A DNA stretch of 64,000 bases from assembly GCA_050287845.1 (NCBI GenBank), contig JBNKCR010000098.1, forward strand, positions 256,001 through 320,000. The letters run 5' to 3'. The notes beneath the pieces are model-generated. The model saw nothing but the letters and a program-made list of their open reading frames with translations. It was not told the origin of the DNA and did not search any database. Origin of the DNA: Polyangia bacterium. Its GTDB lineage: Bacteria; Myxococcota_A; Polyangia; JAAYKL01. The position numbers were made by a program, and so were the translations under genes. This document shows positions 39,934 to 50,155 of this stretch, one piece after another; positions within the stretch are counted from its first letter, which is position 1; each line of letters opens with the position of its first letter.

Positions 39934-41034
39934 TCAGTTCCCCTTACGACCTTTGATCCCTTTGGTGTCCTTTGTGATTTTTTGCGGCGCAGCATTGGGA
40001 CGCAGGCTGCGAACGGCTTTACCGGTTGCCCAGATTTCGGAATTTCCCAGTTCATCCAGTTCTTTGTCCAGACGCTCCTGATAGTTTTTCGCACCACAGA
40101 CTTTCAGCACTCGACGAGTTTCAGCACCCGTTTTTACCGCCTTGTAAAGGTCTTTGAATACCGGCAGGGTGGCCTTCTTGAATTTCGGGCGCCAATCCAG
40201 AGCGCCTCGCTGGGCAGTGGCGCTGCAGTTGGAATACATCCAATCCATACCATTTTCATCCACGAGGCGAATCAGGCTCTGGGTCAGTTCCTCAACGGTT
40301 TCGTTGAACGCTTCGCTGGGGGAGTGGCCATTCTTGCGCAACACATCGTATTGTGCGTCCATGATGCCTGCCAGTGCGCCCATGAGAACGCCTCGCTCCC
40401 CGGTCAGGTCACTGTATACTTCGTTCTCGAAAGTCGTGGGGAAAAGATAACCGGAACCTACGCCGATGCCCATGGCCAGACAACGCTGCTCTGCCTTACC
40501 GGTGGCATCCTGAAAAACGGCGAAACTGGAGTTAATGCCTGCGCCATTGAGGAAGTTGCGGCGAACCGATGTGCCGGAGCCCTTGGGGGCAACCAGAATC
40601 ACGTCAACATCTGCCGGCGGAATGACCTTGGTGTCTTCCTTATATACCACACTGAATCCGTGTGAAAAATACAGCGCATCACCAGGATTGAGATTGCGTT
40701 TTACCTGAGGCCAGATTTTTTTCTGAGCGGCATCTGATACGAGGTAACAGATAATCGTTCCGCGTTGAACAGCTTCTTCGATTTCAAAAAGTGATTCTCC
40801 GGGAACAAAGCCGTCCTTTACGGCGCGGTTCCAGTCTTTCTTGAATTCTTTTGCCTGACCAACAATCACATTGAATCCGTTGTCACGCATGTTCAATGCC
40901 TGAGCTGGCCCTTGAACGCCATAACCGATGACTGCAATTGTTTCACTCTTTAAAACTCTTTTGGCTTTCGATACCGGAAACTCTTTTCGCCGTACCACAT
41001 CTTCTTTAACGCCGCCAAAATCGATAGTTGCCAT
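39934..41034 (-). CDS. ilvC: Ketol-acid reductoisomerase
   Basis: IGYGVQGPAQALN, FSHGF, VAPKG, SDLTGERG, SEAFNETVEE, CSATAQRGA. Confidence 0.96.
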   Translation of the reverse strand: MATIDFGGVKEDVVRRKEFPVSKAKRVLKSETIAVIGYGVQGPAQALNMRDNGFNVIVGQAKEFKKDWNRAVKDGFVPGESLFEIEEAVQRGTIICYLVSDAAQKKIWPQVKRNLNPGDALYFSHGFSVVYKEDTKVIPPADVDVILVAPKGSGTSVRRNFLNGAGINSSFAVFQDATGKAEQRCLAMGIGVGSGYLFPTTFENEVYSDLTGERGVLMGALAGIMDAQYDVLRKNGHSPSEAFNETVEELTQSLIRLVDENGMDWMYSNCSATAQRGALDWRPKFKKATLPVFKDLYKAVKTGAETRRVLKVCGAKNYQERLDKELDELGNSEIWATGKAVRSLRPNAAPQKITKDTKGIKGRKGN

Positions 41035-41829
41035 TACAAATTCTCCTATTTCCTTTTTTTGATTGGATCATGATTAACAAAAAACAAGCGCGTATTATAA
41101 GAGTTAACATTTAATACTCAAGAAAGTTTTGGAAAAAATATCTGAAATTGGGGACTTGTACATATCGAGCCATGGGATTTCTGAAACGGGAGCTGAGACA
41201 GCGGCCGCATTTTTTTAGCTGCGGAGTGTCTGGATAATCTGCTTTGCGGTATTTGTCTGGTCTGCGCATAGATAGTACCTGTGCGAATTCCGGAGAAGTG
41301 GGCAGGGGGCAGATTGATGACAGCTCTCAGGAAAGTTCAGATTGCGGCAGGAATTTTGTCGTGTATTTTGATGTGAATCGTCAGAGCGGCGAATTCCACC
41401 GGTTGCCATACGCCAACGATGGCGCCATCATCAACGGACGCATCGACCTGGCGGCTCACACCAATCCCGGGGTACTCAATGAAGCGCTGGGTAATCTTAC
41501 CGGCGCGTATTGTCGAAACGATGGTCGATGATAATACCCTTGCCGAAATAATCAGACCGTAAATCAGTTTCTCCCGCCCCGATGTTGAGGGATATTTCAG
41601 TATGATAAAATGAACATTGAAATGATAAAATTGGTAAAGTTTTCACTTTTTTTACAATGCCCTTATTGACGAAATCCTGAGTGATATTCAGTTTTTATGG
41701 TATTTTAGTCCGTTGTTGAACGTTATGCGAATTAATAATTGATTGTGGTGCAGGGGTGATTTTGATAGTATAATAATAGAATTTTACATTTTTAATGAAA
41801 TTGACAGCTTGATTTGGAGGACGAATGAT

Positions 41830-42945
41830 ATGAAGAAAATCAGTTTTCTGCACATGCTGATCAGCTTCGTATGTTTGGTGGGCATTGGCTGTGAAGATCC
41901 GATAGGCGGAGTTATTGTATCGGATTCGGATTCCACTCATTTGCCAGGTGATGGCACTGACACTGGTATCCTGAATTCAGATACGGATGCCGATACAGAC
42001 ACAGATACAGACACAGATACGAACATGGACTTCGTTGGCGAATGCGAGCACGAGTGTCTGGAAAAATGCGTATCGTGGGGAGGCTCGCAAATGCCGGGGG
42101 ATTGTGCCAGTGGCATGATTTGCTGCGATGGCGTAACTGTACCGTATACGGATACTGACACAGATACAGATACTGATACAGATACTGATACAGGCACCGA
42201 TACTGACACCGATACAGATACAGATACAGACGCAGATACAGACACAGATACCGATACAGATACAGACACAGATACCGATACAGATACCGATACAGATACC
42301 GATACAGACACCGATACCGATACAGACACCGATACCGATACAGACACCGATACAGACACAGACACAGACACAGACACAGATACAGACACAGATACAGATA
42401 CAGATACAGATACAGATACAGACACCGACACTGCCCCTGCGGCCCCATATATCGTTGCCGGTGACTGGCATGGGGAAGGCTGGACGGGAATTGGTACCGT
42501 AGAAGGGGGAACCATTACCGATCTGGATGGAGCATATGATTTGGCGACAGATGCCATCTGTGTGCATGGGGCGCTGGTGACCAATTTCAGCTCTCTGGGG
42601 GTTGTTGGCTTCAATGTGAATCAGGACATGGGGAATCCGATGCTGGCACCGTGGTATTCGGGAATCCGTTACTCGGGGGTGTCTGTGAACATCACGCAAT
42701 CAACGGATGCCGTCATGCGAATCGAACTGATTGGGGAAGATGATGTTGGATACTGCGTGGAGCTTCCGGATGGCATCTCAACAATATCCTGGAGCAGCTT
42801 CCGGAGCAGATGCTGGGGACCTGACGGCGTGGCTTACAATACGGGTATCGGTATTGTTGCAGTGCAGGTTTATGCAGCCGGCCGAGAGGACATTGCGGTT
42901 CCATTCAACTATTGCATTTCTGATTTATCACCGGCATCGAACTGA
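41830..42945 (+). CDS. Lipoprotein with Cys-rich module, long (Asp-Thr)n spacer and C-terminal beta-rich domain
   Basis: Signal peptide ending GIGC; DT tracts; C-terminal WHGEGWTG...GFNVNQ...FNYCI. Confidence 0.85.
   Translation: MKKISFLHMLISFVCLVGIGCEDPIGGVIVSDSDSTHLPGDGTDTGILNSDTDADTDTDTDTDTNMDFVGECEHECLEKCVSWGGSQMPGDCASGMICCDGVTVPYTDTDTDTDTDTDTDTGTDTDTDTDTDTDADTDTDTDTDTDTDTDTDTDTDTDTDTDTDTDTDTDTDTDTDTDTDTDTDTDTDTDTDTDTDTDTDTAPAAPYIVAGDWHGEGWTGIGTVEGGTITDLDGAYDLATDAICVHGALVTNFSSLGVVGFNVNQDMGNPMLAPWYSGIRYSGVSVNITQSTDAVMRIELIGEDDVGYCVELPDGISTISWSSFRSRCWGPDGVAYNTGIGIVAVQVYAAGREDIAVPFNYCISDLSPASN
42148..42432 (+). repeat. Hexanucleotide GAYACN tandem repeat (about 47 units) encoding poly(Asp-Thr)
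   Basis: Directly visible; third codon positions vary. Confidence 0.97.
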
Positions 42946-42976
42946 CCTTGCCGAACATCTTTTCGCTACACCCTTT

Positions 42977-44173
42977 TTAACACCGTTCGATGATAATGGC
43001 CGTTGTGACGCCCCCTGCGCCGCAGATGGCGGCAAGACCGAATTGTTTGTTGCGTGCGCGGAGTGCGTAAGCCAGGGTGATTACGATACGTGCGCCTGAG
43101 ATGCCTGTGGGGTGTCCCAGCGCGATGGCGCCGCCGTGGACATTCAGGATGTCCGGGGTGATATTCAGTTGACGGATATTGGACAGTATCTGGGATGCAA
43201 AGGCTTCATTGAGTTCGATGAGATCGATGTCATCCAGGGTCATCCGGGCGACTTCGAGGACGCGGGTAATGGAATGCACTGGCCCTTCACCCATCACATC
43301 TCCATCCACGGCGCACTGAGCAACAGCAACAATGCGAAACAGCGGAGAAGCGTTCAGTTCGACAGCATGATTTTCGGAAGTGAGGATCAGCGCACAGGCA
43401 CCGTCACTCATGGTGGAACTGTTGCCTGCCGTGACTGTACCGGTGCTGGCAAAGGCCGGGGGGAGGGCGCCCAGTTTTTCGAGGGAGGTATTGGTGCGCG
43501 GTGTTTCATCCTGTGTCAGCGCGATGGGGCCGTGATTGAATGCGGGTACAAGATTCACCGCAACGGTTTCGTCCGCAAACAATCCTTGCCGAATCGCCTG
43601 AACTGCTTTTTCATGGCTTGAAAGAGCAAAGGCATCCTGATCTGCCCGTGAAATATTATATTTTGCTGCCAATCGTTCCGCAGTCTGTCCCATGGTCGTG
43701 CGGGCAATGGGATCGGTGGCGTCCTTCCATCCATCTTCTATCAGAATATCTCCCATTTTTTTGGGCGAAAACCGCAAGCCCCGGACCAGATGCGGGATGG
43801 TGGACATGGAGTCCATGCCGCCGGCAACAACAACTTGTGCGGTGTGACACTGGATGGCCTGGGCAGCACTGATAATGGCCTTCATGCCCGATGGGCACGC
43901 CATGTTCAGGGTCGATGACGGTACCTGTACCGGAATTTCTGCCAGCAGCGCCGCCGACCGGCAGGGGTTGGGCCCGTTTCCTGCCTGTCGGCAGTTCCCC
44001 ATAATCACTTCGTCAACGTCGCTGCCCGCGATGCCCGCCCGGCGCACTGCTTCTTTAATGGCAACGCCTCCGAGTTCCCACGACGCAACATCCTTCAGCG
44101 TACCACCAAAGCGGCCGATGGGCGTTCTGACACCACTGATGGCGACGATTTTTTTGAAATCCGACATCTTCAC
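42977..44173 (-). CDS. Acetyl-CoA C-acyltransferase (thiolase)
   Basis: NMACPSG, NEAFA, GGAIALGHP, ICGAGG. Confidence 0.93.
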   Translation of the reverse strand: MKMSDFKKIVAISGVRTPIGRFGGTLKDVASWELGGVAIKEAVRRAGIAGSDVDEVIMGNCRQAGNGPNPCRSAALLAEIPVQVPSSTLNMACPSGMKAIISAAQAIQCHTAQVVVAGGMDSMSTIPHLVRGLRFSPKKMGDILIEDGWKDATDPIARTTMGQTAERLAAKYNISRADQDAFALSSHEKAVQAIRQGLFADETVAVNLVPAFNHGPIALTQDETPRTNTSLEKLGALPPAFASTGTVTAGNSSTMSDGACALILTSENHAVELNASPLFRIVAVAQCAVDGDVMGEGPVHSITRVLEVARMTLDDIDLIELNEAFASQILSNIRQLNITPDILNVHGGAIALGHPTGISGARIVITLAYALRARNKQFGLAAICGAGGVTTAIIIERC

Positions 44174-44179
44174 CTATTT

Positions 44180-44926
44180 TCAGATCAGCTGGCCGCCGTC
44201 CACATTCAGGACCTGGCCGGTGATATGCCGCGTTAAATCGCTGGCGAAGAAGAGCACCGCACCTGCCACATCGGCGGTAGTGCCCAATCGTTTCACCGCT
44301 GTTTCGTTCAGCGCGGCGTTAATGATTTCTTCCGGCAACTCTTTGGTCATATCCGTTTCAATGAACCCCGGGGCAATCACGTTTGCATTGATATTTCTGT
44401 TGCCCAGCTCCTTTGCCAGGGTTTTAGTGAATGCGATGAGGCCGCCTTTGGATGCCGAATACGCGCCCTGACCGGCTTTTCCCCGAAGGCCATTGATTGA
44501 AGCGATAGAGATGATTTTGCCGTAGTTCTGTTTTCTGAAATGAGGAATAACGGCCTGCGCGGTGACAAAGGCACCTTTCAGATTGGTTTCGATGACCTGG
44601 TCGAAGTCGCTCATATTCAGTTTCCACGAAACCCGGTCCCGGGTGATTCCAGCGTTCAGTACGAGAATGTGAATGGCGCCCCATTTGGCGAGTATTTTCT
44701 CGACTGTATTTTTGGTCTGTGTGGGATTGGCGCAGTCCGCCTGGACGGCAATGACCCGGTCGGGGGCCAATTTCTTGATGGCATCTGCCGCGGGTCCGGG
44801 ATTCACATAGGTGAACGCTACCCTGGCGCCCTCGCTCAACAGGGCTTTCACAATAGACGCGCCAATCCCCCGGGCCCCTCCGGTGACCAGTGCCACCTTG
44901 TCGTATAAATTAAGAATATCTGTCAT
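44180..44926 (-). CDS. FabG/PhbB-like short-chain reductase (3-oxoacyl reductase)
   Basis: TGGARGIG, NAGITRD, GQGAYSASK, PGFIETDM. Confidence 0.9.
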   Translation of the reverse strand: MTDILNLYDKVALVTGGARGIGASIVKALLSEGARVAFTYVNPGPAADAIKKLAPDRVIAVQADCANPTQTKNTVEKILAKWGAIHILVLNAGITRDRVSWKLNMSDFDQVIETNLKGAFVTAQAVIPHFRKQNYGKIISIASINGLRGKAGQGAYSASKGGLIAFTKTLAKELGNRNINANVIAPGFIETDMTKELPEEIINAALNETAVKRLGTTADVAGAVLFFASDLTRHITGQVLNVDGGQLI

Positions 44927-45030
44927 AGGATACCCCCTTGCCTGTAAATGGAGTCATGATTCGATAAGGTTTTCCATCTCGTCGCTGATTATGATAGGAA
45001 AGCATTCAATACAGGGGATGATTATCAGAC

Positions 45031-45492
45031 ATGGGTAAAATTTCAATTGCTATATATTTTATTTCAATAATTGGTGCAATCAGTCATGTTGCGCTGGCGC
45101 AAACAGCGGCCGTTGAAGCAGCAGCAGTTTTCAGAGAATCTGAAGAACTGCAGAAATCCCATGTGAATGGGGCGGATGTGTCGGTGGCCAATGCCATCAT
45201 TGATCTGAAAGAAATGACCGAGGAGGGAAACCGGCTTCTGCTGAATCAGAAGGTGGATGAAGCCCGGAGCGTTGCGCAACAGGTCGAGGCGCAGATGGAA
45301 TTGGTCAGAATGCTTTTAAAGCTCGTGGAGGTACAGGAGCGGTTACAGCAACTTCAGACATCATCCCACAAACTCAGAGAAAAAGTCATTCTGTTAAAAG
45401 GGCAATATCGTCGGTTGATTCTGGAATGGGACGGTCGTGCCATGACCGGGGCGTATCCGGCCAAAAATGAAGATGCGGGAGGCAGACCATGA
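45031..45492 (+). CDS. Exported coiled-coil hypothetical protein
   Basis: Signal peptide, helical composition; ATGA overlap with the next gene. Confidence 0.7.
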   Translation: MGKISIAIYFISIIGAISHVALAQTAAVEAAAVFRESEELQKSHVNGADVSVANAIIDLKEMTEEGNRLLLNQKVDEARSVAQQVEAQMELVRMLLKLVEVQERLQQLQTSSHKLREKVILLKGQYRRLILEWDGRAMTGAYPAKNEDAGGRP

Positions 45493-46616
45493 GTGCGCTT
45501 TCTCAGCGGGGATTCCTGCTGTGTGCGGCGGTCGTTCTGACTGGATGCGGTACCCTGTCGCCACCACCGGAATATACGGATTTGAAAATGCGATTGAGTG
45601 CGTCTACTGCCGCTGAGCCTGTTTACGATGTGGCGCGCGATCAATTACGCGCAGCCGAAGATGCGCTGGCCAGACGCGACGGAGAAGCAGCGAGACGACT
45701 TTCAGTGCTGGGATTGATTGAGACGCGGATTGCCGAAACACAATTGCTTCAAATCGCTTTGGCGGAGGCAATTGAGCAGGAGCTGCAACAGCAGCAGGTG
45801 TTGCAGAAGGATGTTTCGCTGTGGCAGTCGCGGGTAACGCAATTGCTTGCCGAGCAGGCGAGACAGGAAATGCGCACCCATATTGAGGCGGTTATTGAAA
45901 AGGAGACTCTGGCTGCAGCGGCAACCGAGGAGTTGCAGGCTGGCGCGTCGGAAGTGACCGATGAACCACTGCACTCGGCTCGTCGCAAAGTGGCATTGGA
46001 GTTGATTGGCATGGCGAAAGTGAGGTTGGGGGTGGCTTCACTGATGGCAAAGGGCAGGTCGGTTCAACCGGAGCAATTGAACGGATTGAAGGGGGCTGTG
46101 GCGCTGATGGAAACCGCATTGGCCGATGATGATATTGCTTCTGTGTATCAATTCGGTGAAGAAAGTATCGCACAATTTGTGTCAGTGGTGGATGATGCGT
46201 GGACGGCATCCGGAGCGACAAGCCAAGAGCCGAAGGACACGCTGACAGATGCGCTGCACCAGAAAGGTTTCAATGTGATTCCTGAACTTGTGGGCCCTGC
46301 GGTTTCGGTTGAATTGCCGGGGGGCGGGTTGCACCGGGGACTGACTCCGACGTTGAAGACGCTGTTGTCCCGTCTTGCAGACATCTTGTTTAATAATGAA
46401 AAGTTGGCTGTGCTGGTCGTGGTTTCCAGCGGTGCGAAGAATCAGGCAAATCTGAAACAGGCAGCAGAGTGCTGCGGGATGCTTCGTGAAGAAATGGCGG
46501 GGTTGAATATTCGCGAAACACAGTATTCCATTTTGCAGCTCTCCCACGAACGTCCGCTGCGTGCAATGACCGGCAAGGGCATGCAGATGGCGCTAGTGTT
46601 TGTCCCGCTTCCCTGA
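45489..46616 (+). CDS. Coiled-coil lipoprotein, possibly with a degenerate OmpA-like C-terminus
   Basis: Lipobox LTGC; long helical Gln/Glu/Ala-rich region. Confidence 0.65.
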   Translation: MSALSQRGFLLCAAVVLTGCGTLSPPPEYTDLKMRLSASTAAEPVYDVARDQLRAAEDALARRDGEAARRLSVLGLIETRIAETQLLQIALAEAIEQELQQQQVLQKDVSLWQSRVTQLLAEQARQEMRTHIEAVIEKETLAAAATEELQAGASEVTDEPLHSARRKVALELIGMAKVRLGVASLMAKGRSVQPEQLNGLKGAVALMETALADDDIASVYQFGEESIAQFVSVVDDAWTASGATSQEPKDTLTDALHQKGFNVIPELVGPAVSVELPGGGLHRGLTPTLKTLLSRLADILFNNEKLAVLVVVSSGAKNQANLKQAAECCGMLREEMAGLNIRETQYSILQLSHERPLRAMTGKGMQMALVFVPLP

Positions 46617-46617
46617 A

Positions 46618-47589
46618 ATGACGATTCCGAGAATTCATACCCTTGAAATGCCCATGCCCGGGATGCTGGGAAAAGTGAACTGCTACGCTGTGGTGAACGG
46701 ATCGCGGGCGGCCCTCATTGATACGGGAATGGCCGGTCTCCACTGCGAAACAGCGATACAGAAAAAGTTGGCAGAGATTGGACATTCTCCGGGCAGTATC
46801 GAAAAGGTTTTCTGTACGCACCATCACCCGGATCATTGTGGTATGGGGAAACTGTTCGAAGATGCCGGCGTGCCACTCTATATGTCTGCGAAGGACGCGG
46901 CACACCTTCAACAGTGGTTGGAATCCGCTCCGATGGATGCGCAACTGGCAACCTTTTTCAGCGAACATGAACTGCCTGAGGATTTTGGCGAATCGGTAAC
47001 GCCGGTGTTTTCGTACCTGAGAACGTTGCAGCAGCCATGCGCGCCAGTCGCGGTTGACAGCAGTCAGCAAACCATCGATTTGGCAGGCGTGCCATTTGAA
47101 ATGGTACCGACTCCGGGGCATACGGACGGACACGTATGTCTGGTGCAACGGGCGTTGAATATTGTTTTTACGGGAGACCACATCTTGCCCGACAGTGCGG
47201 TTAATATCCTCATTCAGCAACAATCAGAGCACCGGGCTCCTCTTGCAGCGTACCTCCGTTCCCTTGAGGAAATCATGGCACTGGGAAAGATGAAAGGTTT
47301 GCCTGGGCATGGCGTTCCCATTCCGGACATTCGGGAACGCTGCTCGGTGTTGCGTGACCTTCACATGCAACGCGTGGCGCAGGTGCGTTCAGTGTTGTGC
47401 GAAAAGCCGTTCTCCGCTACTGATATCAATTGCCGTGCGTTTGGCAGGAAGCGCCGCTCCTTTTCCCGATGGCTGGGAATGGCTCAGACCATTTCATGTC
47501 TGGAGTATCTGGAGCTACATGGGGAGGCCCAGTGTCAACGGCAGGGAAATAAACGAACATATTCACTTGTTGATGTTAAGCAAATATGA
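46618..47589 (+). CDS. Metallo-beta-lactamase fold hydrolase
   Basis: LIDTG, THHHPDHCG, TPGHTDGH, TGDH, PGHG. Confidence 0.92.
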   Translation: MTIPRIHTLEMPMPGMLGKVNCYAVVNGSRAALIDTGMAGLHCETAIQKKLAEIGHSPGSIEKVFCTHHHPDHCGMGKLFEDAGVPLYMSAKDAAHLQQWLESAPMDAQLATFFSEHELPEDFGESVTPVFSYLRTLQQPCAPVAVDSSQQTIDLAGVPFEMVPTPGHTDGHVCLVQRALNIVFTGDHILPDSAVNILIQQQSEHRAPLAAYLRSLEEIMALGKMKGLPGHGVPIPDIRERCSVLRDLHMQRVAQVRSVLCEKPFSATDINCRAFGRKRRSFSRWLGMAQTISCLEYLELHGEAQCQRQGNKRTYSLVDVKQI

Positions 47590-47657
47590 AATCAATCGTT
47601 ACAATTATGCCCGTTAAGGAATCTTCTGCTTTACTTTCGAAATATACTGCATAAGGT

Positions 47658-48509
47658 GTGGCTGTGATGATGATAAAATGGATGTTGAAATTGTTTTTTA
47701 CTCTTCGGACACAGCGGTTCAGCATCACCTCGCAGACAGCGGTGCTGATGAGTGTATGGCTGAGTGCCTGTAATTATGCGACATTTGACGAACTGACATC
47801 GCCGTCCACCACGCCGGAAAAAGTGTCTATATATCAACTGGTGTTAAATTCTGACGCCAGTTTTTACGCTCAGAGATTAATTTTTCATCCCAATCAGACT
47901 TGGCTGTCGCTCTCGTATGCGCCTGCGGAGGCAAGTGTATCTCAACCTGTGTCCAGGCTGGCGGTGAACGACGACCTGTTAAAAATCAGACCCATCCGGA
48001 CACCATGGGCTCCCGCGTGGGATCGGGAGGCGGTCGTTCTGGGGATGAACCGGATTCTTTTGTCCCATGGGGTTGAGTCTGAAAATATGCGGGTTCGAAT
48101 GATTGCCCATGCCGTTGTTGCCTCCGGTTGGAGGCAGAATGTGTGGAATTTTAACGCCTGGGGCGTGAGACAGGGATCCTGGGAAAAAAATTGGTATATC
48201 ATGCCCACCTACGAAGAAGATGAAAATGGTCATTCCGTTTTTATTGCGGACGCCACATGGCGTGCATTCAACAACTGGGAAGAAGCCATTGATGATTACA
48301 TGACCCGTATTTCAGCCGATTCTGAAAGACCGTCCTACCGGGAGGCATATCGGCACCTCAGAAGTGATACAGTCAGCTTTCGTACCGCTAAAGCGTTCTG
48401 GCATGCACTGGGAGACGGCAATTATTATACCGCCAGCGATTTCACCGGAGAAAAGTTTGCCCGTCTCTGCGGTGGTGTCCGGTCCATTCTGCGTCAGAAA
48501 AATATCTAA
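47658..48509 (+). CDS. Lipoprotein with GH73/FlgJ-like lysozyme-fold domain (atypical)
   Basis: LSAC; IAHAVVASGW, NAWGV, TYEE, WRAFNNWEEAIDDY. Start uncertain. Confidence 0.6.
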   Translation: MAVMMIKWMLKLFFTLRTQRFSITSQTAVLMSVWLSACNYATFDELTSPSTTPEKVSIYQLVLNSDASFYAQRLIFHPNQTWLSLSYAPAEASVSQPVSRLAVNDDLLKIRPIRTPWAPAWDREAVVLGMNRILLSHGVESENMRVRMIAHAVVASGWRQNVWNFNAWGVRQGSWEKNWYIMPTYEEDENGHSVFIADATWRAFNNWEEAIDDYMTRISADSERPSYREAYRHLRSDTVSFRTAKAFWHALGDGNYYTASDFTGEKFARLCGGVRSILRQKNI

Positions 48510-48511
48510 GT

Positions 48512-48647
48512 CAATTGTGGGCTGGGGCGGAACACCCCGGCGTAGGGCTCCCCGCAGGTTGGAGGACCATACCTGCAGAAACGGCCGCCAAGGACAAGGC
48601 GCGTCAACGCAGGATTGGCAGCGCCAATTCAAGGAGGCCCAACATTG
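48512..48647 (-). other. Structured intergenic element (multi-hairpin; REP/MITE-like or ncRNA)
   Basis: Ends pair imperfectly; several internal stems with G-U pairs that form on the minus strand. Confidence 0.45.
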
Positions 48648-48711
48648 CCGTCTGTGTTCGGAACAAGCGAATTGGGTCGAAATTATGGGAAGCTGCTGTC
48701 AGTGAATTTAA

Positions 48712-49800
48712 TCAGGAATTGCTTTTTTTGAAGTCTACCATGAACTGGGCGAGTTGTTCTGCGCCAGCCACTGGCATTGCGTTATACATGGATGCACGGC
48801 ATCCTCCAACGGAACGGTGTCCTTTTAATCCGGAGAATCCTGCTGCTGCGGCTTCTCCGATGAATTTCTTTTCGAGTTCTTCAGTTGGCAGGCGCCATAC
48901 CACATTCATTTTGGACCTGCAGCACGTTTCTACCGGACAGCTATACCAGCCATCAGATGCATCAACCGCATTATAAATAAAAGCGGAGCGCTGTTTGGCC
49001 AGATTTTCCATTCCAACAACACCGCCGTTTGCTTTTACCCACTCAAGCACATTGTTCATCATGTAAATCGCAAAAACAGGAGGCGTATTGTATAGCGAAT
49101 TATTGTCCGCGTGAACTTTGTAGGACAGGAAGTTGGGGATGTTGGCATTTGCCGCTTCCAATAAAGAATTGCGGATAATCACAATGCCCAGACCGGCGGG
49201 CCCCAGGTTTTTCTGAGCACCAGCGTAAATCATATCGATTTTGTCAAACGGGAGTTCGCGGCTCATAATGTGAGATGACATGTCCATGATTACCGGGACA
49301 TCTCCGCAGTCCGGAAAATCCTGCAGCTCGATTCCGCCAATGGTTTCATTGGAACAGATGTGAATGTAGGCCGAGTTTGCGCTGGGTTTCAGTTCTCCCG
49401 TCTTCGGCATTTTGGTGAAATTATCAGCAGCATTGGTCCAGACTTCGGTGTACCCTGAATAATTTTTTCCTTCCGCTGCCGCTTTTTTGGACCATGACCC
49501 GGTCATTACGTAATCAAGTGTCTTGCCTTCCCTTGCAAAGTTCATCGGAATCATCACGAAGTTCTGTGTGGCACCACCATGAAGCATCAGGATGCTGAAA
49601 TCGTCGGGAACCTGAAGCAGAAATTTCAGATTCTGAATCGCAGCGTTGTGAACCTCATCATAAAATTTGCCGCGGTGGCTCTGTTCGATAATTGACATCC
49701 CTGAGCATTGATAATCGAGAAATTCGTGTTGCGCCTTCTCCAGAGCAGGTAAAGGCAGCGTGCAGGGCCCGGCTGAGAAGTTAAAGATTCTATTGGTCAT
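48712..49800 (-). CDS. serC: Phosphoserine aminotransferase
   Basis: NFSAGP, SHR, CSNETI.G, DMSS, YAGAQKNLGP, NTPP, GHRSVGG.RAS.YNA. Confidence 0.97.
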   Translation of the reverse strand: MTNRIFNFSAGPCTLPLPALEKAQHEFLDYQCSGMSIIEQSHRGKFYDEVHNAAIQNLKFLLQVPDDFSILMLHGGATQNFVMIPMNFAREGKTLDYVMTGSWSKKAAAEGKNYSGYTEVWTNAADNFTKMPKTGELKPSANSAYIHICSNETIGGIELQDFPDCGDVPVIMDMSSHIMSRELPFDKIDMIYAGAQKNLGPAGLGIVIIRNSLLEAANANIPNFLSYKVHADNNSLYNTPPVFAIYMMNNVLEWVKANGGVVGMENLAKQRSAFIYNAVDASDGWYSCPVETCCRSKMNVVWRLPTEELEKKFIGEAAAAGFSGLKGHRSVGGCRASMYNAMPVAGAEQLAQFMVDFKKSNS

Positions 49801-50129
49801 TGTAACAATTCTCCTTAAAATTGGTTGAAGTAAGGGAGCGTAATAATCGTGCCATAGATCCAATTATTTTAGTGCCATCCACTATGATACGACTGGCGCT
49901 ACGCTATTGCTTTTTCAGGGATCTGACAAGAATAATTGAGCGATAAAAATAAAAAAAGCCATTCTGAAGTGCCCGAAATCTATACGATGTTTCAAAAATT
50001 AAAGCTATCTTTTCGTTTTTGAAATGAAAGTTCAGCCGGTTAGTAAAATTTCACGTCTTAAGTGTTTTTTTTTTACTTAGTGCATTGAGATTAAAGGGAA
50101 TTTTGAGTTTTTAATGAAAATACAATATT

Positions 50130-50145
50130 TGGTATGAGTATTGCT
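50130..50145 (+). promoter_or_regulatory. sigma54 (-24/-12) promoter
   Basis: TGGTATGAGTATTGCT (GG-N10-GC) after an AT-rich tract, about 11 nt before a hairpin pair. Confidence 0.7.
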
Positions 50146-50155
50146 AAAGCTTTCG

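Noticed and set aside
41244..41531. Signal-peptide-like mini ORF (MTALRKVQIAAG...) plus a 95-aa ORF, possible pseudogene
   Set aside because: No recognisable homology; cannot be supported without a search
41912..42699. Minus-strand ORFs with YLYL, SVSV and CICI repeats
   Set aside because: Reverse-complement readings of the Asp-Thr repeat
42977..44926. Thiolase + reductase as a PHA locus or part of the PKS cluster
   Set aside because: No phaC present and 12 kb from the PKS; treated as an ordinary acyl-CoA metabolism pair
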